DNA of 64,000 nt from the NCBI GenBank assembly GCA_041082215.1, contig JBDOIF010000014.1:1-64000 (forward strand), in the 5' to 3' direction. The DNA is from Anaerolineae bacterium. Its GTDB lineage: Bacteria; Chloroflexota; Anaerolineae; B4-G1; DUEL01. Below are positions 9,420 through 19,528 of the stretch, piece after piece. Made by a program: the position numbers and the translations under genes. The stretch's first letter is position 1. Each line of letters opens with the position of its first letter. The notes beneath the pieces were generated by a model that was not told where the DNA came from, made no database searches, and saw only the letters and a program-made list of their open reading frames with translations.

Positions 9420-10187
9420 CTATCCGACCCGCGTCGAGATGGCGCTGGCGGCTTCCATCAACGCCTGCGCGATCGCCGGAACGCGCTCCGGCGTGAACCG
9501 GGTGGTGGGACCGAGCATGCTCATCTGGGCGACCACATTGCCCGCGATATCTCGAATGGGAACAGCGATGGCACGGATCCCCACCTCGAATTCCTCGTTG
9601 TCAATTCCGTATCCTCGCTGCCGCACCCTCTCCAGCTCCTCCCGAAGCTGAGAGGGCGAGATGATGGTGTTCTTCGTGTACGCTGCCAGGGGCGCATTCA
9701 GCACAGGCTCCACAATCTCCAGGGGCAGAAACGCCAATAACACTTTGCCCCCAGCCGTACAATGAGCAGGCAGATGGCGTCCAGGGCGGGCGGCAACGGT
9801 CAGTGCATGCTGGCTCTGCACCACTTCCAGCTCAAGTACTCGGCCACCCTCAAAGACGCCAAGATCACAGGTCTCCTGGAACTGCTCCACCAGTTGCTCC
9901 ATATACGGGAGGGCCTCGCGGCGAAAGTCAAGGTGGTGCAACATTGCCAGCCCCAACCCAGCCAGACGAAACCCCAGGCGATACCCCCGCCCGTCCGCCG
10001 CCTGCTCGACGAAGCCGCAGTTGAGCAACGTCATGAGAATGCGATGCGCCGTCGCTTTGTGCAATCCTGTGGCTTCCACGATCTCCGAGAGAGTTCGCTC
10101 GGGGTGTTCATCGTCGAACGATGACAGGATCCGCACTGCGCGTTCGATAGCTCGCACGCTGTAATCTTTCGGTGCCCGGCTATTCAC
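9420..10187 (-). CDS. IclR-family transcriptional regulator
   Basis: HTH GLHKATAHRILMTL; PAHCTAGGKVLLA; DNEEFEVGIRAIAVPI. Confidence 0.95.
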   Translation of the reverse strand: MNSRAPKDYSVRAIERAVRILSSFDDEHPERTLSEIVEATGLHKATAHRILMTLLNCGFVEQAADGRGYRLGFRLAGLGLAMLHHLDFRREALPYMEQLVEQFQETCDLGVFEGGRVLELEVVQSQHALTVAARPGRHLPAHCTAGGKVLLAFLPLEIVEPVLNAPLAAYTKNTIISPSQLREELERVRQRGYGIDNEEFEVGIRAIAVPIRDIAGNVVAQMSMLGPTTRFTPERVPAIAQALMEAASAISTRVG

Positions 10188-10317
10188 AATACTCCTCCCT
10201 ATTTAATTCTATCACAGTGGCACTATGTAGACAAGCAGGCTTCTTGCCCACACCGCCCACTTGATGGTATACTGACCGTGCCCGGTAAAGAGCCCTTACA
10301 CGCCATCGGGAGAGCAT

Positions 10318-11799
10318 ATGTTTCGACGACGCGGGTACGCCTGGGAGGGGATGGGCATCGTCCTGCTGGGGGCGGCTTTGCGGCTGTGTCGCCTCGGCGC
10401 CCGCAGCCTCTGGTTCGACGAGGCGCTCAGCGGCTGCATCGCGCGGCTGGATGGGGTCAGTGTGCTCACAAACGTCGCAGGCTCCTCCCACCCCCCCGGC
10501 TACTACTTCCTGCTCCACCTGTGGCTGCCCGTCTGCGGCAGCAGCGAGCTGGCCCTTCGCTTCCCCTCGGCGGCGTTCAGCCTGCTGGCCGTCGCGCTAA
10601 CCTACCGCCTGGCCCGGATGGTCCTGGGAAAACAGGCGGGCTGGATGGCGGCGCTGGGGATGGCGTTCTCCCCCTTCCAGCTCTACTACGCCCAGGAGGC
10701 CCGGATGTACGGGCTGGCCATCGCCCTGAGCGCCGGGATCGTCTGGGCGTTCCTGCAAGGAGTGAGGGGCAGGCAATGGGCCTTGTGGGCCTATGGCCTG
10801 CTTGTCGCCCTGGGCCTCTACGTCCATTACTACATCGGGCTGGTTGTGCTCTCCCTGCACCTGTGGCTGGTGGTGCGCTGGCGATGGGATCGGGCCTGGC
10901 TGAGGGGGCTCCTGGTTGCCGACGGGCTGGCGGTGCTGGCCTTCCTGCCGCAAGCAGCCCAATTCCTGCGGGAGGCCAGCGAGTTTCTGAGCGGCGCGGG
11001 CTGGCGATACCGTCCGAACCCGCTTTCCCCCCTCACCACCCTCTACTACCTGATCTTCGGCCACGTGCTGCCGCTGGAGCTGGTCGGTGCGGGCCTCTTC
11101 CTGGTGCTGGCGGTGCTGACCTTCGCCGGGCTGGCTCTGGCACACTGCGGGCGGGAAGAGGAGGTGTGGGCACTGGCCCTCACTGTGATCGCTCCACCGC
11201 TGGTCGTGCTGGCCCTCTCCCTCCTGGCAGGGCCAGCCTACCTGGAACGTTCCTTTGCCGTGGTGACGCCAGCGCTGCTCCCCCTGATGGCCTGGACCGT
11301 GAGCAGGGCCCCCCGCCGCTCGCCGGTTCCCTATCTGGGGATGGCGCTGGGAGCGTTGATGATCGCAGGGGGGTGGTTCTACTTCTGCCGACCGGACCCG
11401 GTCAAACCGCCTATCCGGGAGGCGGCGGAGACCGTCGCCGGGCGCTGGGCGGCGGGGGATGTGAGCCTCCACCTCCAGGATAGCTCCTACCTGCCGGCGC
11501 TGCTCTACACGCCGGAGACGGCTGGCGTGCTGGTGGATGCAGGCCAGCGGACCTGGCTGCGGCAGGAGGTATACGCCCTCTTCGGCGGCGAGGTACGGCC
11601 GGTCGAAGTGCTGCCACAGGGGAACCGGACCTGGCTCACGGTCATGCCCGGATACAACGACGATGCCCAGAGGGCATTCCTGGCCCGGGTGGCGCCGTAC
11701 TGCTCAGCCGTTCAGGATTGGGAAGCCGTACAGGTCTACCTTTGCACCTCACCAGGGCTGCTTGCGTCCAGCCCCCTGCCGGAGGGAACAGCGCCCTGA
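10318..11799 (+). CDS. GT-C membrane glycosyltransferase (GT39/PMT_2-like)
   Basis: SLWFDEA, HPPGYY, ELALRFPSA, AQEARMY; multiple TM helices. Confidence 0.82.
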   Translation: MFRRRGYAWEGMGIVLLGAALRLCRLGARSLWFDEALSGCIARLDGVSVLTNVAGSSHPPGYYFLLHLWLPVCGSSELALRFPSAAFSLLAVALTYRLARMVLGKQAGWMAALGMAFSPFQLYYAQEARMYGLAIALSAGIVWAFLQGVRGRQWALWAYGLLVALGLYVHYYIGLVVLSLHLWLVVRWRWDRAWLRGLLVADGLAVLAFLPQAAQFLREASEFLSGAGWRYRPNPLSPLTTLYYLIFGHVLPLELVGAGLFLVLAVLTFAGLALAHCGREEEVWALALTVIAPPLVVLALSLLAGPAYLERSFAVVTPALLPLMAWTVSRAPRRSPVPYLGMALGALMIAGGWFYFCRPDPVKPPIREAAETVAGRWAAGDVSLHLQDSSYLPALLYTPETAGVLVDAGQRTWLRQEVYALFGGEVRPVEVLPQGNRTWLTVMPGYNDDAQRAFLARVAPYCSAVQDWEAVQVYLCTSPGLLASSPLPEGTAP

Positions 11800-11820
11800 C
11801 GGGATCGTGGGAGGCCGGTC

Positions 11821-12990
11821 TTGCACGAGCGGGAACCGTACCTGTACCTGGTGATCCTCTTCATCGCTCTCCGGCTGATGATGATGTTCACCGTCCCACC
11901 CAACCATCTGACCCTGTACGGCGACTATCCCTACTACTATGAGCTGGCCGCCTGTTCCGACCGGGGACTGCTACCGTTCCTCCATTACTGGTCGGAATAC
12001 CCGCCCCTCTTCCCCTTCCTCTCCGTAGCCGTATACCAGCTCTCCCATCTTTTCGGAGGGACTTATCACGCCTTCGTCTATCTGATGGGGCTGCTGATGC
12101 TGGGGTTCGACACCGGCAGCCTCCTGCTGTTGCTCCGCCTGGGACGGCAGCTCCACGGCGAACCGGCCGCAGCGCGGCTGGGATGGGTCTACTCCATTCT
12201 GTTCGTGCCGCTGGTCTACACCTGGTGGGGGTTTGACGCCACCGCCGTCTTCTTCCTCCTCCTCGCGCTGGAGCGGCTGCTGGCCGGGCAGGAACGGCCA
12301 TCGGCGGTGGCGACGGCGATGGGGACGCTGGTCAAGCTGGTGCCGCTCCTGATCTTCCCGCTGGTGGTGCGGACCCGGCCCTGGCGGCGGTGGCTGGCCT
12401 ACGCGCTGATCGTCGCGGCGGTGGTGGGGGCTGTGGCCCTGCCACTGGGGGCAATGGGGGGACCGATGGCCCTGGCCTCCTTCCGCTTCCCCCTCGCCCG
12501 CCCCTCCTGGGAGACGGTCTGGGCGTTGCTGGACGGCAATCTAAACACCGGCCTCCTCGGTCCGCCGGCGGACCACTTCGACCTGGAGAAGGCGTTCAAT
12601 CCGGCCGGCAACCCGCCCCGGGTGCCGGATTGGCTCCGGTTGGGGGCTTTCGGGCTGCTATACCTCCTTCTCTTTCTGAAAGCAGACCTGAAAGAACGGC
12701 CCCGCAGCCAGGTGGCCTTCCTGGCGCTGACCCTCGTCGTCTTCTTTCTCTGGTCGAAGGGATGGAGTCCCCAGTGGCAGCTCCTCCTCTTCCCCCTCCT
12801 GCTGCTGGCGCTCCCGCTGCGCCGCGGCATCCTCTTCATCCTGGCGTTGAGCTTTGTCAACCTGGCGGAGTGGCCGGTGCTGCTCTCACGCGGGTTGAAC
12901 CAGGCCCTCTATCTGACAGTGCTGCTCCGCACGGCGCTCTTCCTCCTGCTGCTACTGGAACTGGCGGGGCGGACAGGGAGGCAGAAGTGA
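11821..12990 (+). CDS. GT-C membrane glycosyltransferase (GT87-like)
   Basis: WSEYPPL, KLVP, SPQW; polytopic. Confidence 0.7.
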   Translation: MHEREPYLYLVILFIALRLMMMFTVPPNHLTLYGDYPYYYELAACSDRGLLPFLHYWSEYPPLFPFLSVAVYQLSHLFGGTYHAFVYLMGLLMLGFDTGSLLLLLRLGRQLHGEPAAARLGWVYSILFVPLVYTWWGFDATAVFFLLLALERLLAGQERPSAVATAMGTLVKLVPLLIFPLVVRTRPWRRWLAYALIVAAVVGAVALPLGAMGGPMALASFRFPLARPSWETVWALLDGNLNTGLLGPPADHFDLEKAFNPAGNPPRVPDWLRLGAFGLLYLLLFLKADLKERPRSQVAFLALTLVVFFLWSKGWSPQWQLLLFPLLLLALPLRRGILFILALSFVNLAEWPVLLSRGLNQALYLTVLLRTALFLLLLLELAGRTGRQK

Positions 12991-14534
12991 GGGGCCGTCG
13001 CTGGGCCGGGGATGTCGGCCTGCTCCTGCTGGCAACGCTGACCCGCATGTGGGGGCTGGGCCGGCCATCGCTATGGCTGGACGAGGCCTTCTCCCACCTT
13101 TTCGCCGTGTTGCCCCTGCAGATGGCCTGGCAGGCGATCATCGTGGACGCGGTCCACCCCCCGCTGTACTACCTGCTGCTGCGGCCCTGGCTGACGCTGG
13201 CGGGGGGGAGCGAGTTTGCCCTCCGCCTCCCTTCCGCCCTGGCGGGTGTGCTGACGGTAGCCCTCCTCCTGCGGGCCGGGCGACGGTGGCTTGGGCGGCG
13301 AGCTACTGGATGGAGCGGCCTGCTGCTGGCGGTCAACCCCTTCCACATCTGGTACAGCCAGGAGGCGCGGATGTACGCCCTCCTGGGGCTGCTCTGGCTG
13401 GGTTCGCTCTGGGCTTTCTGGCAGGCAGTGCACCGGCAGAGGCCGGGGGCCTGGACCCTCCTCGGCGTTCTCAGCGCGCTGGCCTACCTGACCCATTACT
13501 TCGCCCTCTACCTGCCGCTGGTCCAGTTTGCCTTCCTCGTCGCGACCCTCCGCCGCCACCACCGGGCGCTGGCCCGCTGGACCCTGACGCAGGCGGTGGC
13601 GGCGCTGCCGTTCGCTGGCTGGCTGACCGCCCTTTACTCCGTCGGCGGCGGCACCTTCGGCATCGGCTGGATCCGCCAGCCAGGGTTGAGCGACCTCCTG
13701 CGGACCCTCTGGTCGTTCGGGATGGCCTATGACGGCCGGATAACCCCCATCGTCGCAGTGGGTTTGCTGGTCTGGGTCGGGCTGGCCGGTTGGGGAATGG
13801 GGTACGGAGGTAGAGCGGCAGGGGCGCAGCGCGTCGCGCTCCCGCTGCTGGGGTTGGGGCTGGCGTTGCCGCTGCTGGCTACCTTTCTGCTTTCGCTCCG
13901 GCGTCCGGCCTATGTGGATCGGTTCTTTATCGGCAGCCTCTTTTCCTTCCTGCTGCTGGCAGGGGGTGGGCTGGCCCGCATCCCCCGATGGCCTCGCTGG
14001 GCGGCGGGGCTGGCGCTGGCCGGGCTGGGGATATGGGGGACCGCCCGCTTCCACTTCGACCCCCTGTTTGCAAAAGAGGACTGGCGGGGGGCGGCTGCCT
14101 ACGTGCGCACCCGCGAGCGGACAGACGACGGGCTGGCCTTGCGTCATTTCCAGTATGTGGTACCCTTTCTTTACTACTATCAGGGCGCACTGGAGCCGGA
14201 AGCGGTGACGGTGAACCGGGATACCGCCTCCCTGGACGAGCTGGCCGCGGGCCACCGGAGGCTGTGGCTGCTCTTCCGCGGCCGCCACGACGACCTGCAC
14301 CACCTGGCCTGGAACGAACCCTTTGACCTGGAACGGGATGAAGGCCATCCGGAGGTGCGCGCCTGGCTCGAACGCCATCCCCCGGCGGAGGTGGTGGCCT
14401 TTCCGGGAGTGACGCTGATGCGCTTCGACCTGGTTGTTTCTGCTTTCACCAAAGAGACACAGAGGGTACGGAGCTTTGCCTTTCCTTACCATCCCTCTGT
14501 GGGGTGCATTTCAGCTTTTTGGAAGATGTGGTAA
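12987..14534 (+). CDS. GT-C membrane glycosyltransferase (GT39/PMT_2-like)
   Basis: GTGA-coupled start 12987; SLWLDEA, HPPLYY, SQEARMY, KEDWR; last ~29 codons read through repeat DNA. Confidence 0.82.
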   Translation: MRGRRWAGDVGLLLLATLTRMWGLGRPSLWLDEAFSHLFAVLPLQMAWQAIIVDAVHPPLYYLLLRPWLTLAGGSEFALRLPSALAGVLTVALLLRAGRRWLGRRATGWSGLLLAVNPFHIWYSQEARMYALLGLLWLGSLWAFWQAVHRQRPGAWTLLGVLSALAYLTHYFALYLPLVQFAFLVATLRRHHRALARWTLTQAVAALPFAGWLTALYSVGGGTFGIGWIRQPGLSDLLRTLWSFGMAYDGRITPIVAVGLLVWVGLAGWGMGYGGRAAGAQRVALPLLGLGLALPLLATFLLSLRRPAYVDRFFIGSLFSFLLLAGGGLARIPRWPRWAAGLALAGLGIWGTARFHFDPLFAKEDWRGAAAYVRTRERTDDGLALRHFQYVVPFLYYYQGALEPEAVTVNRDTASLDELAAGHRRLWLLFRGRHDDLHHLAWNEPFDLERDEGHPEVRAWLERHPPAEVVAFPGVTLMRFDLVVSAFTKETQRVRSFAFPYHPSVGCISAFWKMW

Positions 14535-14725
14535 CTGCCTGCGCTGGAGGCTAATTGCTCTGCCTGGCCCTCACCCCACCCCCCGGCCCCCTCCCCTCTT
14601 CCGGGCGGCGGGAGAGGGGAGGGGGTAGGGGGAGGGGTGAGAGATCAAACCACCATCAGGTGGGCGAAATTAAGGTGTAACTCGCCACCAAACTGAAATG
14701 CACCCTCCTCTGTGCCTTTGTGGTG
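14447..14725. repeat. ACCACAGAG-type inverted repeat interrupted by a MITE
   Basis: Left arm CACCAAAGAGACACAGAGG; right arm CCTCTGTG[insert]TCCTCTGTGCCTTTGTGGTG. Confidence 0.65.
14502..14705. mobile_element. MITE-like element (204 bp)
   Basis: Perfect 13-bp TIR GGGTGCATTTCAG / CTGAAATGCACCC; internal CCCTCACCCC...GGGGTGAG hairpin at 14568-14641. Confidence 0.7.
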
Positions 14726-14748
14726 ATCCCTTATCCGGGAAGGGGAAG

Positions 14749-16770
14749 ATGCGCAGAGTTGAGAGGTGGCTGGGGATCGGGGTCCTCCTGTGGGTCTTTC
14801 TCGTCGTGGCTTTCTACTATGTGGCCCACAAGCCGTTCACCGCGGCCAATCTCCTGGCCCTGGCGCAGGGACTGGCCGGGCTGGTCGGCGGGGGACTGGT
14901 AGCGGCGCTGGGAGCCGGCGTGGGACTTCGGCTGCTGGCCCGACTCGATCTCCGGCCGGGCGAGCGGTTGATCTGGTCGGCAGCGGTGGGGATGGGGGCG
15001 ATCTCGCTGGCAGGGCTGGGGCTGGGAGCGTTGGGGGCCCTGCGCCCCTGGCTCCTCTGGCCGCTGACGGTCGCCGGGCTGGCGGCCACCGGCAGGCCCC
15101 TCTGGCGGGCGCTTCGGTCGGCCTGGACGGAGGGCTTCTGGCGGCGCCGGGGCCGGCTCGACCGGCTGCTCTCCCTCTACTGGGGGCTGATGCTGACGAT
15201 CGCCCTCCTCTGGGCGCTAACCCCGCCCACCGCCTGGGACGGCCTGGTCTATCACCTCACCGCCCCCAAACTGTACCTGGCGACGGGGCGTATCTCCCAC
15301 CCTCTCGACCTGCCCTACCTGGGCTTTCCGGAGCTGATGGAGATGCTCTTTGCCTGGGGAATGGGGCTTGGGGGCGAACGGGCGGCGGCGGCGGTCCACT
15401 GGTTCTACGGGCTGTTGATGGTGGGGGCGCTCCTTACAGAGGGCCGACACAGGGTCGGCCCCTGGGCAGCGGCGGTGCTCCTCTCCGCCCCTACGGTGGT
15501 CCTCCTGGCCGGATGGCCTTACGTGGACCTGGCGCTGATGCTTTATTCGACCCTGGCCTTCCTGGCGCTGCTCCGCTCCCAGAGCGACGATCCCCACAGG
15601 CGGGCGTGGCTGGCCCTGAGCGGCGTCGGTGCCGGGCTGGCCCTATCCACCAAGTACACCGCGCTGGCCCTCCTGCCGGCCCTGGCTCTGACGCTGCTGG
15701 CCATTCGAAGCGCAGGGACCAACACAAGGTTAGCCCCTATGCTGGGACGTGCGGCCTGTGACCTTTTGCTCCTTGGGGGCGTTGCCCTGGCCCTCTGGTT
15801 CCCCTGGCTGCTCAAGAACCTCCTCCTCACCGGCAACCCCACCTACCCCTTCTTCTTCGGCGGCCTCTACTGGGACGACTGGCGGGCCTGGTGGTACGAC
15901 CGGCCGGGCACGGGGCTGGCCTACACCGCGCCGTGGAAGTTGCTCACCGCGCCGTGGGATGCGACGATCTGGGGTATAGAGGGGACAGAAGGGTATTCCG
16001 CCACTATCGGCCCCCTCTTTCTGGCCCTACTACCCCTGCTCCCGCTGATCTGGCAGAAGCTGTCTGCCGCTCAGCGGCAATGGCTCCGGGGTGGGCTGGC
16101 CTTCTGCCTCGTCCTCTACCTCTTCTGGCTGTGGGGCGTGGCCCGCACCGGCCTGCTGATCCAGACCCGGCTCCTCTTCCCCGCCTTCGGGGTGCTGGCT
16201 TTGATGGGGGGAATGGCTCTGGAGGGCGCCGAAGCCCTGCCCCGCCGTCCTCTCGACCTGGGGTGGCTGGTGCGGGCGGTTGTGGTGGGGGTGCTGGCGC
16301 TCACGCTGACCGGCGCGCTCCTCGAAGCCGCGCAGGGTCAGCCGCTGGGAGTGCTCCTGGGCTTCGAACGCCGGGAGGATTTCCTCGCCCGTCGCCTGGG
16401 GTGGTATTATGTCGCGGTAGAGACCATCAACCAGCAGCTACCGGCAGACGCCGTCGTCCTTTTCCTCTGGGAGCCCCGCAGCTACCACTGCCGGGTCGAA
16501 TGCCGGCCCGACGCCCTGCTCGACCGCTGGCTCCACACCATCCACCTCCACGGCCACAACGCCGACCGAATCGCCGCCCTCTGGCGGGCGGAGGGGGTCA
16601 CCCACGTGCTGCTCCACCGGGCCGGCCTGGATTTTGTCCTGGAGGACCGGTTCGACCCGATCACTCTGACGGACGTGGCGACACTGGAAACGGTGCTGAG
16701 CCGCCATCTGACGCTGGTGGAGCGCTTTGGCTCCGCCTACGAACTCTACCGGCTGGAGGGAACACCGTGA
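14749..16770 (+). CDS. GT-C membrane glycosyltransferase (GT39-like)
   Basis: PPTAWDGLVYHL, TKYT, GNPTYPFF; ATG 14749 after GGGGAAG. Confidence 0.75.
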   Translation: MRRVERWLGIGVLLWVFLVVAFYYVAHKPFTAANLLALAQGLAGLVGGGLVAALGAGVGLRLLARLDLRPGERLIWSAAVGMGAISLAGLGLGALGALRPWLLWPLTVAGLAATGRPLWRALRSAWTEGFWRRRGRLDRLLSLYWGLMLTIALLWALTPPTAWDGLVYHLTAPKLYLATGRISHPLDLPYLGFPELMEMLFAWGMGLGGERAAAAVHWFYGLLMVGALLTEGRHRVGPWAAAVLLSAPTVVLLAGWPYVDLALMLYSTLAFLALLRSQSDDPHRRAWLALSGVGAGLALSTKYTALALLPALALTLLAIRSAGTNTRLAPMLGRAACDLLLLGGVALALWFPWLLKNLLLTGNPTYPFFFGGLYWDDWRAWWYDRPGTGLAYTAPWKLLTAPWDATIWGIEGTEGYSATIGPLFLALLPLLPLIWQKLSAAQRQWLRGGLAFCLVLYLFWLWGVARTGLLIQTRLLFPAFGVLALMGGMALEGAEALPRRPLDLGWLVRAVVVGVLALTLTGALLEAAQGQPLGVLLGFERREDFLARRLGWYYVAVETINQQLPADAVVLFLWEPRSYHCRVECRPDALLDRWLHTIHLHGHNADRIAALWRAEGVTHVLLHRAGLDFVLEDRFDPITLTDVATLETVLSRHLTLVERFGSAYELYRLEGTP

Positions 16771-17984
16771 GGCTACCGCGCTGGCTCCGATGGGCCCTGA
16801 TAGGTCTCCTCTTCCTGGCCCTGATCGCAGGCCAGAGCTGGGCCACCTACCGGCTCTTTACCTCCCGCTTCCCCGGCGGCAACGACTTCCTCTCCCGCTG
16901 GTCCAACGGCTGCGCCCTCATCTGGACCGGAGAGAACCCCTATTCGGAGGCGGTCACGCTGCGGACCCAGATCAGGATGTACGGCCGGCCGGCCCGGCCC
17001 GGCGAGGACATGGCGGCCTACTCCTACCCGCTCTACGCCCTTTTCTTCTTCTGGCCCCTCTGCTTCATCCGCACCTATCCCCTGGTCCAGGCGATCTGGA
17101 TGACCCTGATGCTCTACACACTCCTGGCGGGAGTGGTGGTGACGGCCCGGGTGGCCCGCTGGCGACCCCCGGTCTGGCTATGGGGGATCACGCTGGTCTG
17201 GGCGGTCTTCAATTACCCCCACGCCCGCGCGCTGATCCTGGGCCAGATGGCGACACTGGTCTTCCTGATGATAGCCGTGGCCCTCTGGGCGCTGGAGCGG
17301 GGGCGGGACGACCTGGCAGGGGCGCTGCTGGCAGCGACCACCGTCAAGCCGCAGATGAGCTTCCTGCTGGTGCCCTGGGTGTTATGGTGGGCTGCCTGGC
17401 AGAAGCGGTGGGGGGTGTGGAGGGGATTTGGCCTGGCGATGGCAGGGCTGGCGGGACTATCCTTCTTGCTCGTCCCAACCTGGCTTGGGGACTTCCTGGA
17501 AGGGGTGCGCAACTACGACATCGTGGCAGGGGCTTCGTACTACCACTCCCTGACCTGGATGGTGACCTCCCTCTTTCTGGGGCTTGGTCCCTGGGCCGAG
17601 GCGATCGGCACCGGCGCGTTCGCCCTCTGGGCGCTGGTGGAGGTATGGCGGAGCCGGCGGGCCGGATGGGAGGGCTTCCTCTGGACGACGGGCCTGATCC
17701 TGGCCCTCACCCACTTCATCGTCCCCCGAACGGCCACGACCCACTACTCGATGCTCCTGCTTCCCCTCTTCGTCTGGTTTGCCCATTTGGAAGAACGGCT
17801 CGGCCCGTTAGGTGGCTGGGCGGCGGTGGGGGTTGAGCTGGGGCTGCTGGCAGGCCAGTGGGCTATCTTCCTGGCGACCGTCGAGGGAAGCTACGAGACC
17901 GCCCCCGTCTACTTCCCCCTGCCGGTGATGGTGCTGCTCGTCCAGGGGCTGACGCGCCGGTGGTACACGGAGGGGGCAGCGTGA
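16767..17984 (+). CDS. GT-C membrane glycosyltransferase (GT87/DUF2029-like)
   Basis: GTGA-coupled; GNDFLSRW, YSYPLY, LGQ, VKPQ. Confidence 0.78.
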   Translation: MRLPRWLRWALIGLLFLALIAGQSWATYRLFTSRFPGGNDFLSRWSNGCALIWTGENPYSEAVTLRTQIRMYGRPARPGEDMAAYSYPLYALFFFWPLCFIRTYPLVQAIWMTLMLYTLLAGVVVTARVARWRPPVWLWGITLVWAVFNYPHARALILGQMATLVFLMIAVALWALERGRDDLAGALLAATTVKPQMSFLLVPWVLWWAAWQKRWGVWRGFGLAMAGLAGLSFLLVPTWLGDFLEGVRNYDIVAGASYYHSLTWMVTSLFLGLGPWAEAIGTGAFALWALVEVWRSRRAGWEGFLWTTGLILALTHFIVPRTATTHYSMLLLPLFVWFAHLEERLGPLGGWAAVGVELGLLAGQWAIFLATVEGSYETAPVYFPLPVMVLLVQGLTRRWYTEGAA

Positions 17985-19528
17985 GAAAGGCAGCAGGTGC
18001 AGTAGCGGTCCTGCTCCTGGCCTTTGGCCTGCGGACGATCCACCTGGCCGATCGTCCCCTCTGGTACGACGAAGCGTTCGCCATCCTCTACGCCTCCCTG
18101 AGCCCGGCCCGGATGGTCTACGGGACGGTGACGCCGGTAGCAGGGGCGGGGGCGGCGGACGTGCATCCTCTGCTCTACTACTTCCTCCTCCACGGCTGGA
18201 TGGGGCTGGCGGGCCAGTCCCCCCTCGCGGCCCGCTTCCTTTCCGTGTTCCTGGGGATGCTCACAGTGGCGCTTCTGTGGCGGCTGGCGGCCTGGTGCTT
18301 CGACCGACGCACCGGCCTGGCGGTGGGGTTTCTGGCGGCGATCCACCCTTTCCACGTCGCCTATTCCCAGGAGGCGCGGATGTATGCCCTGCTCGGGCTG
18401 GCGGCGGTCCTGGCGACGTGGGGCCTCCTGCGGGCGCTGCTCCACACCTCACGTTTGACGCCTGACGCTTCACGCCTGACGCCTGACGCTTCACGTTTGA
18501 CGTCCCACGCTTCACGTTCCAACTGGCTATTGTTCGCCTCCGGATCGGCCCTCACCCTCTACGCCCACAACCTGGGCAGCTTCTTCCTGCTGGCGCTGCA
18601 CCTCCTGGCGGTCAGCCGTCGCCGGTGGTGGCGGCGCCTGCCGGCACTGCTCCTGGCTGACCTGGTCGCGCTGGCCCTCTTCGCCCCCTGGCTGGTGGGG
18701 GTGCTGCCGGGGCAGGTAGGCTTCGTGGGGCGCGGGTACTGGCTCTCCCCACCTGAGGCGGAGGAGCTGGTCCGCGCCCTGATGTTCCCGGTCCTCACCT
18801 TCTACGAACCGCCCCCCGGCTGGGTGCTTGGAGCGGGACTCTTCACCGGCGTGCTGCTGGCAGCGCTGCTGGCCCTGCGGGTCTGGCGGACCCGCTCGCG
18901 GGCCGGCTGGTTCCTCCTCCTCTGCTGGTCGCCGGTCCTGCTGCTCTTTCTCCTTTCCCGATGGCGACCGGTCTACCTGGAGCGGGCGCTGTTGCCCTCT
19001 GCCCTGGTCTACCAGGCCGCCACCGGCTGGCTCCTGGTCCGGGGCGGGCTGCCCCGTCTCCTCCGGCTCGGGCTGGCGGCGCTCTTGCTGACGGCCACCG
19101 CCGGTTCGCTGGCCGGCCACTACACCTACGTCGGCTTCCCCCGCCCATCCTTCCAGGAGGCGACCATCTACCTTCAGGAGCACGTCCGGCCAGCCGATGC
19201 GGTGGTCCACACCAACAAGCTCACCTGCTTTCCGATGCGCGTCTACGCCCCTGACCTCCCCGCCGTCTTCCTGGCCGACCCGCCCGGCTCCCCCCAGGAC
19301 ACCCTCGCCTACCCCACCCAGGAGGCGCTGGGCATCTTCGCCACCCCCACCATCACCGAGGCGGTGGGGGCCGCGGAGCGGGTCTGGCTGATCTACTTCC
19401 CCCGCGAGGTGGAGGAGATGGGAGGCGAGCACCCGGTCCTGACCTGGCTGGAGGGGAGGTTTGCAGAATCGGAACGAAGAGAGTTCGCTGATCTGACGGT
19501 GACGCTCTACCAGAGGGAGGGGCCGTGA
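17981..19528 (+). CDS. GT-C membrane glycosyltransferase (GT39/PMT_2-like)
   Basis: GTGA-coupled; PLWYDEA, VHPLLYY, SQEARMY. Confidence 0.82.
   Translation: MRKAAGAVAVLLLAFGLRTIHLADRPLWYDEAFAILYASLSPARMVYGTVTPVAGAGAADVHPLLYYFLLHGWMGLAGQSPLAARFLSVFLGMLTVALLWRLAAWCFDRRTGLAVGFLAAIHPFHVAYSQEARMYALLGLAAVLATWGLLRALLHTSRLTPDASRLTPDASRLTSHASRSNWLLFASGSALTLYAHNLGSFFLLALHLLAVSRRRWWRRLPALLLADLVALALFAPWLVGVLPGQVGFVGRGYWLSPPEAEELVRALMFPVLTFYEPPPGWVLGAGLFTGVLLAALLALRVWRTRSRAGWFLLLCWSPVLLLFLLSRWRPVYLERALLPSALVYQAATGWLLVRGGLPRLLRLGLAALLLTATAGSLAGHYTYVGFPRPSFQEATIYLQEHVRPADAVVHTNKLTCFPMRVYAPDLPAVFLADPPGSPQDTLAYPTQEALGIFATPTITEAVGAAERVWLIYFPREVEEMGGEHPVLTWLEGRFAESERREFADLTVTLYQREGP
18442..18518 (+). repeat. 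Intragenic heptamer tandem repeat (11 x 7 nt)
   Basis: ccacacc tcacgtt tgacgcc tgacgct tcacgcc tgacgcc tgacgct tcacgtt tgacgtc ccacgct tcacgtt; encodes SRLTPDA repeats. Confidence 0.9.

Noticed and set aside
12390..12986. N-terminal extensions of ORF-track calls (also 15891, 17858, 20982, 22513, 42796, 54176 and 47623-48660)
   Set aside because: They overlap real genes and are mostly low-complexity; better starts with an RBS, a GTGA overlap or a clear domain boundary lie downstream.
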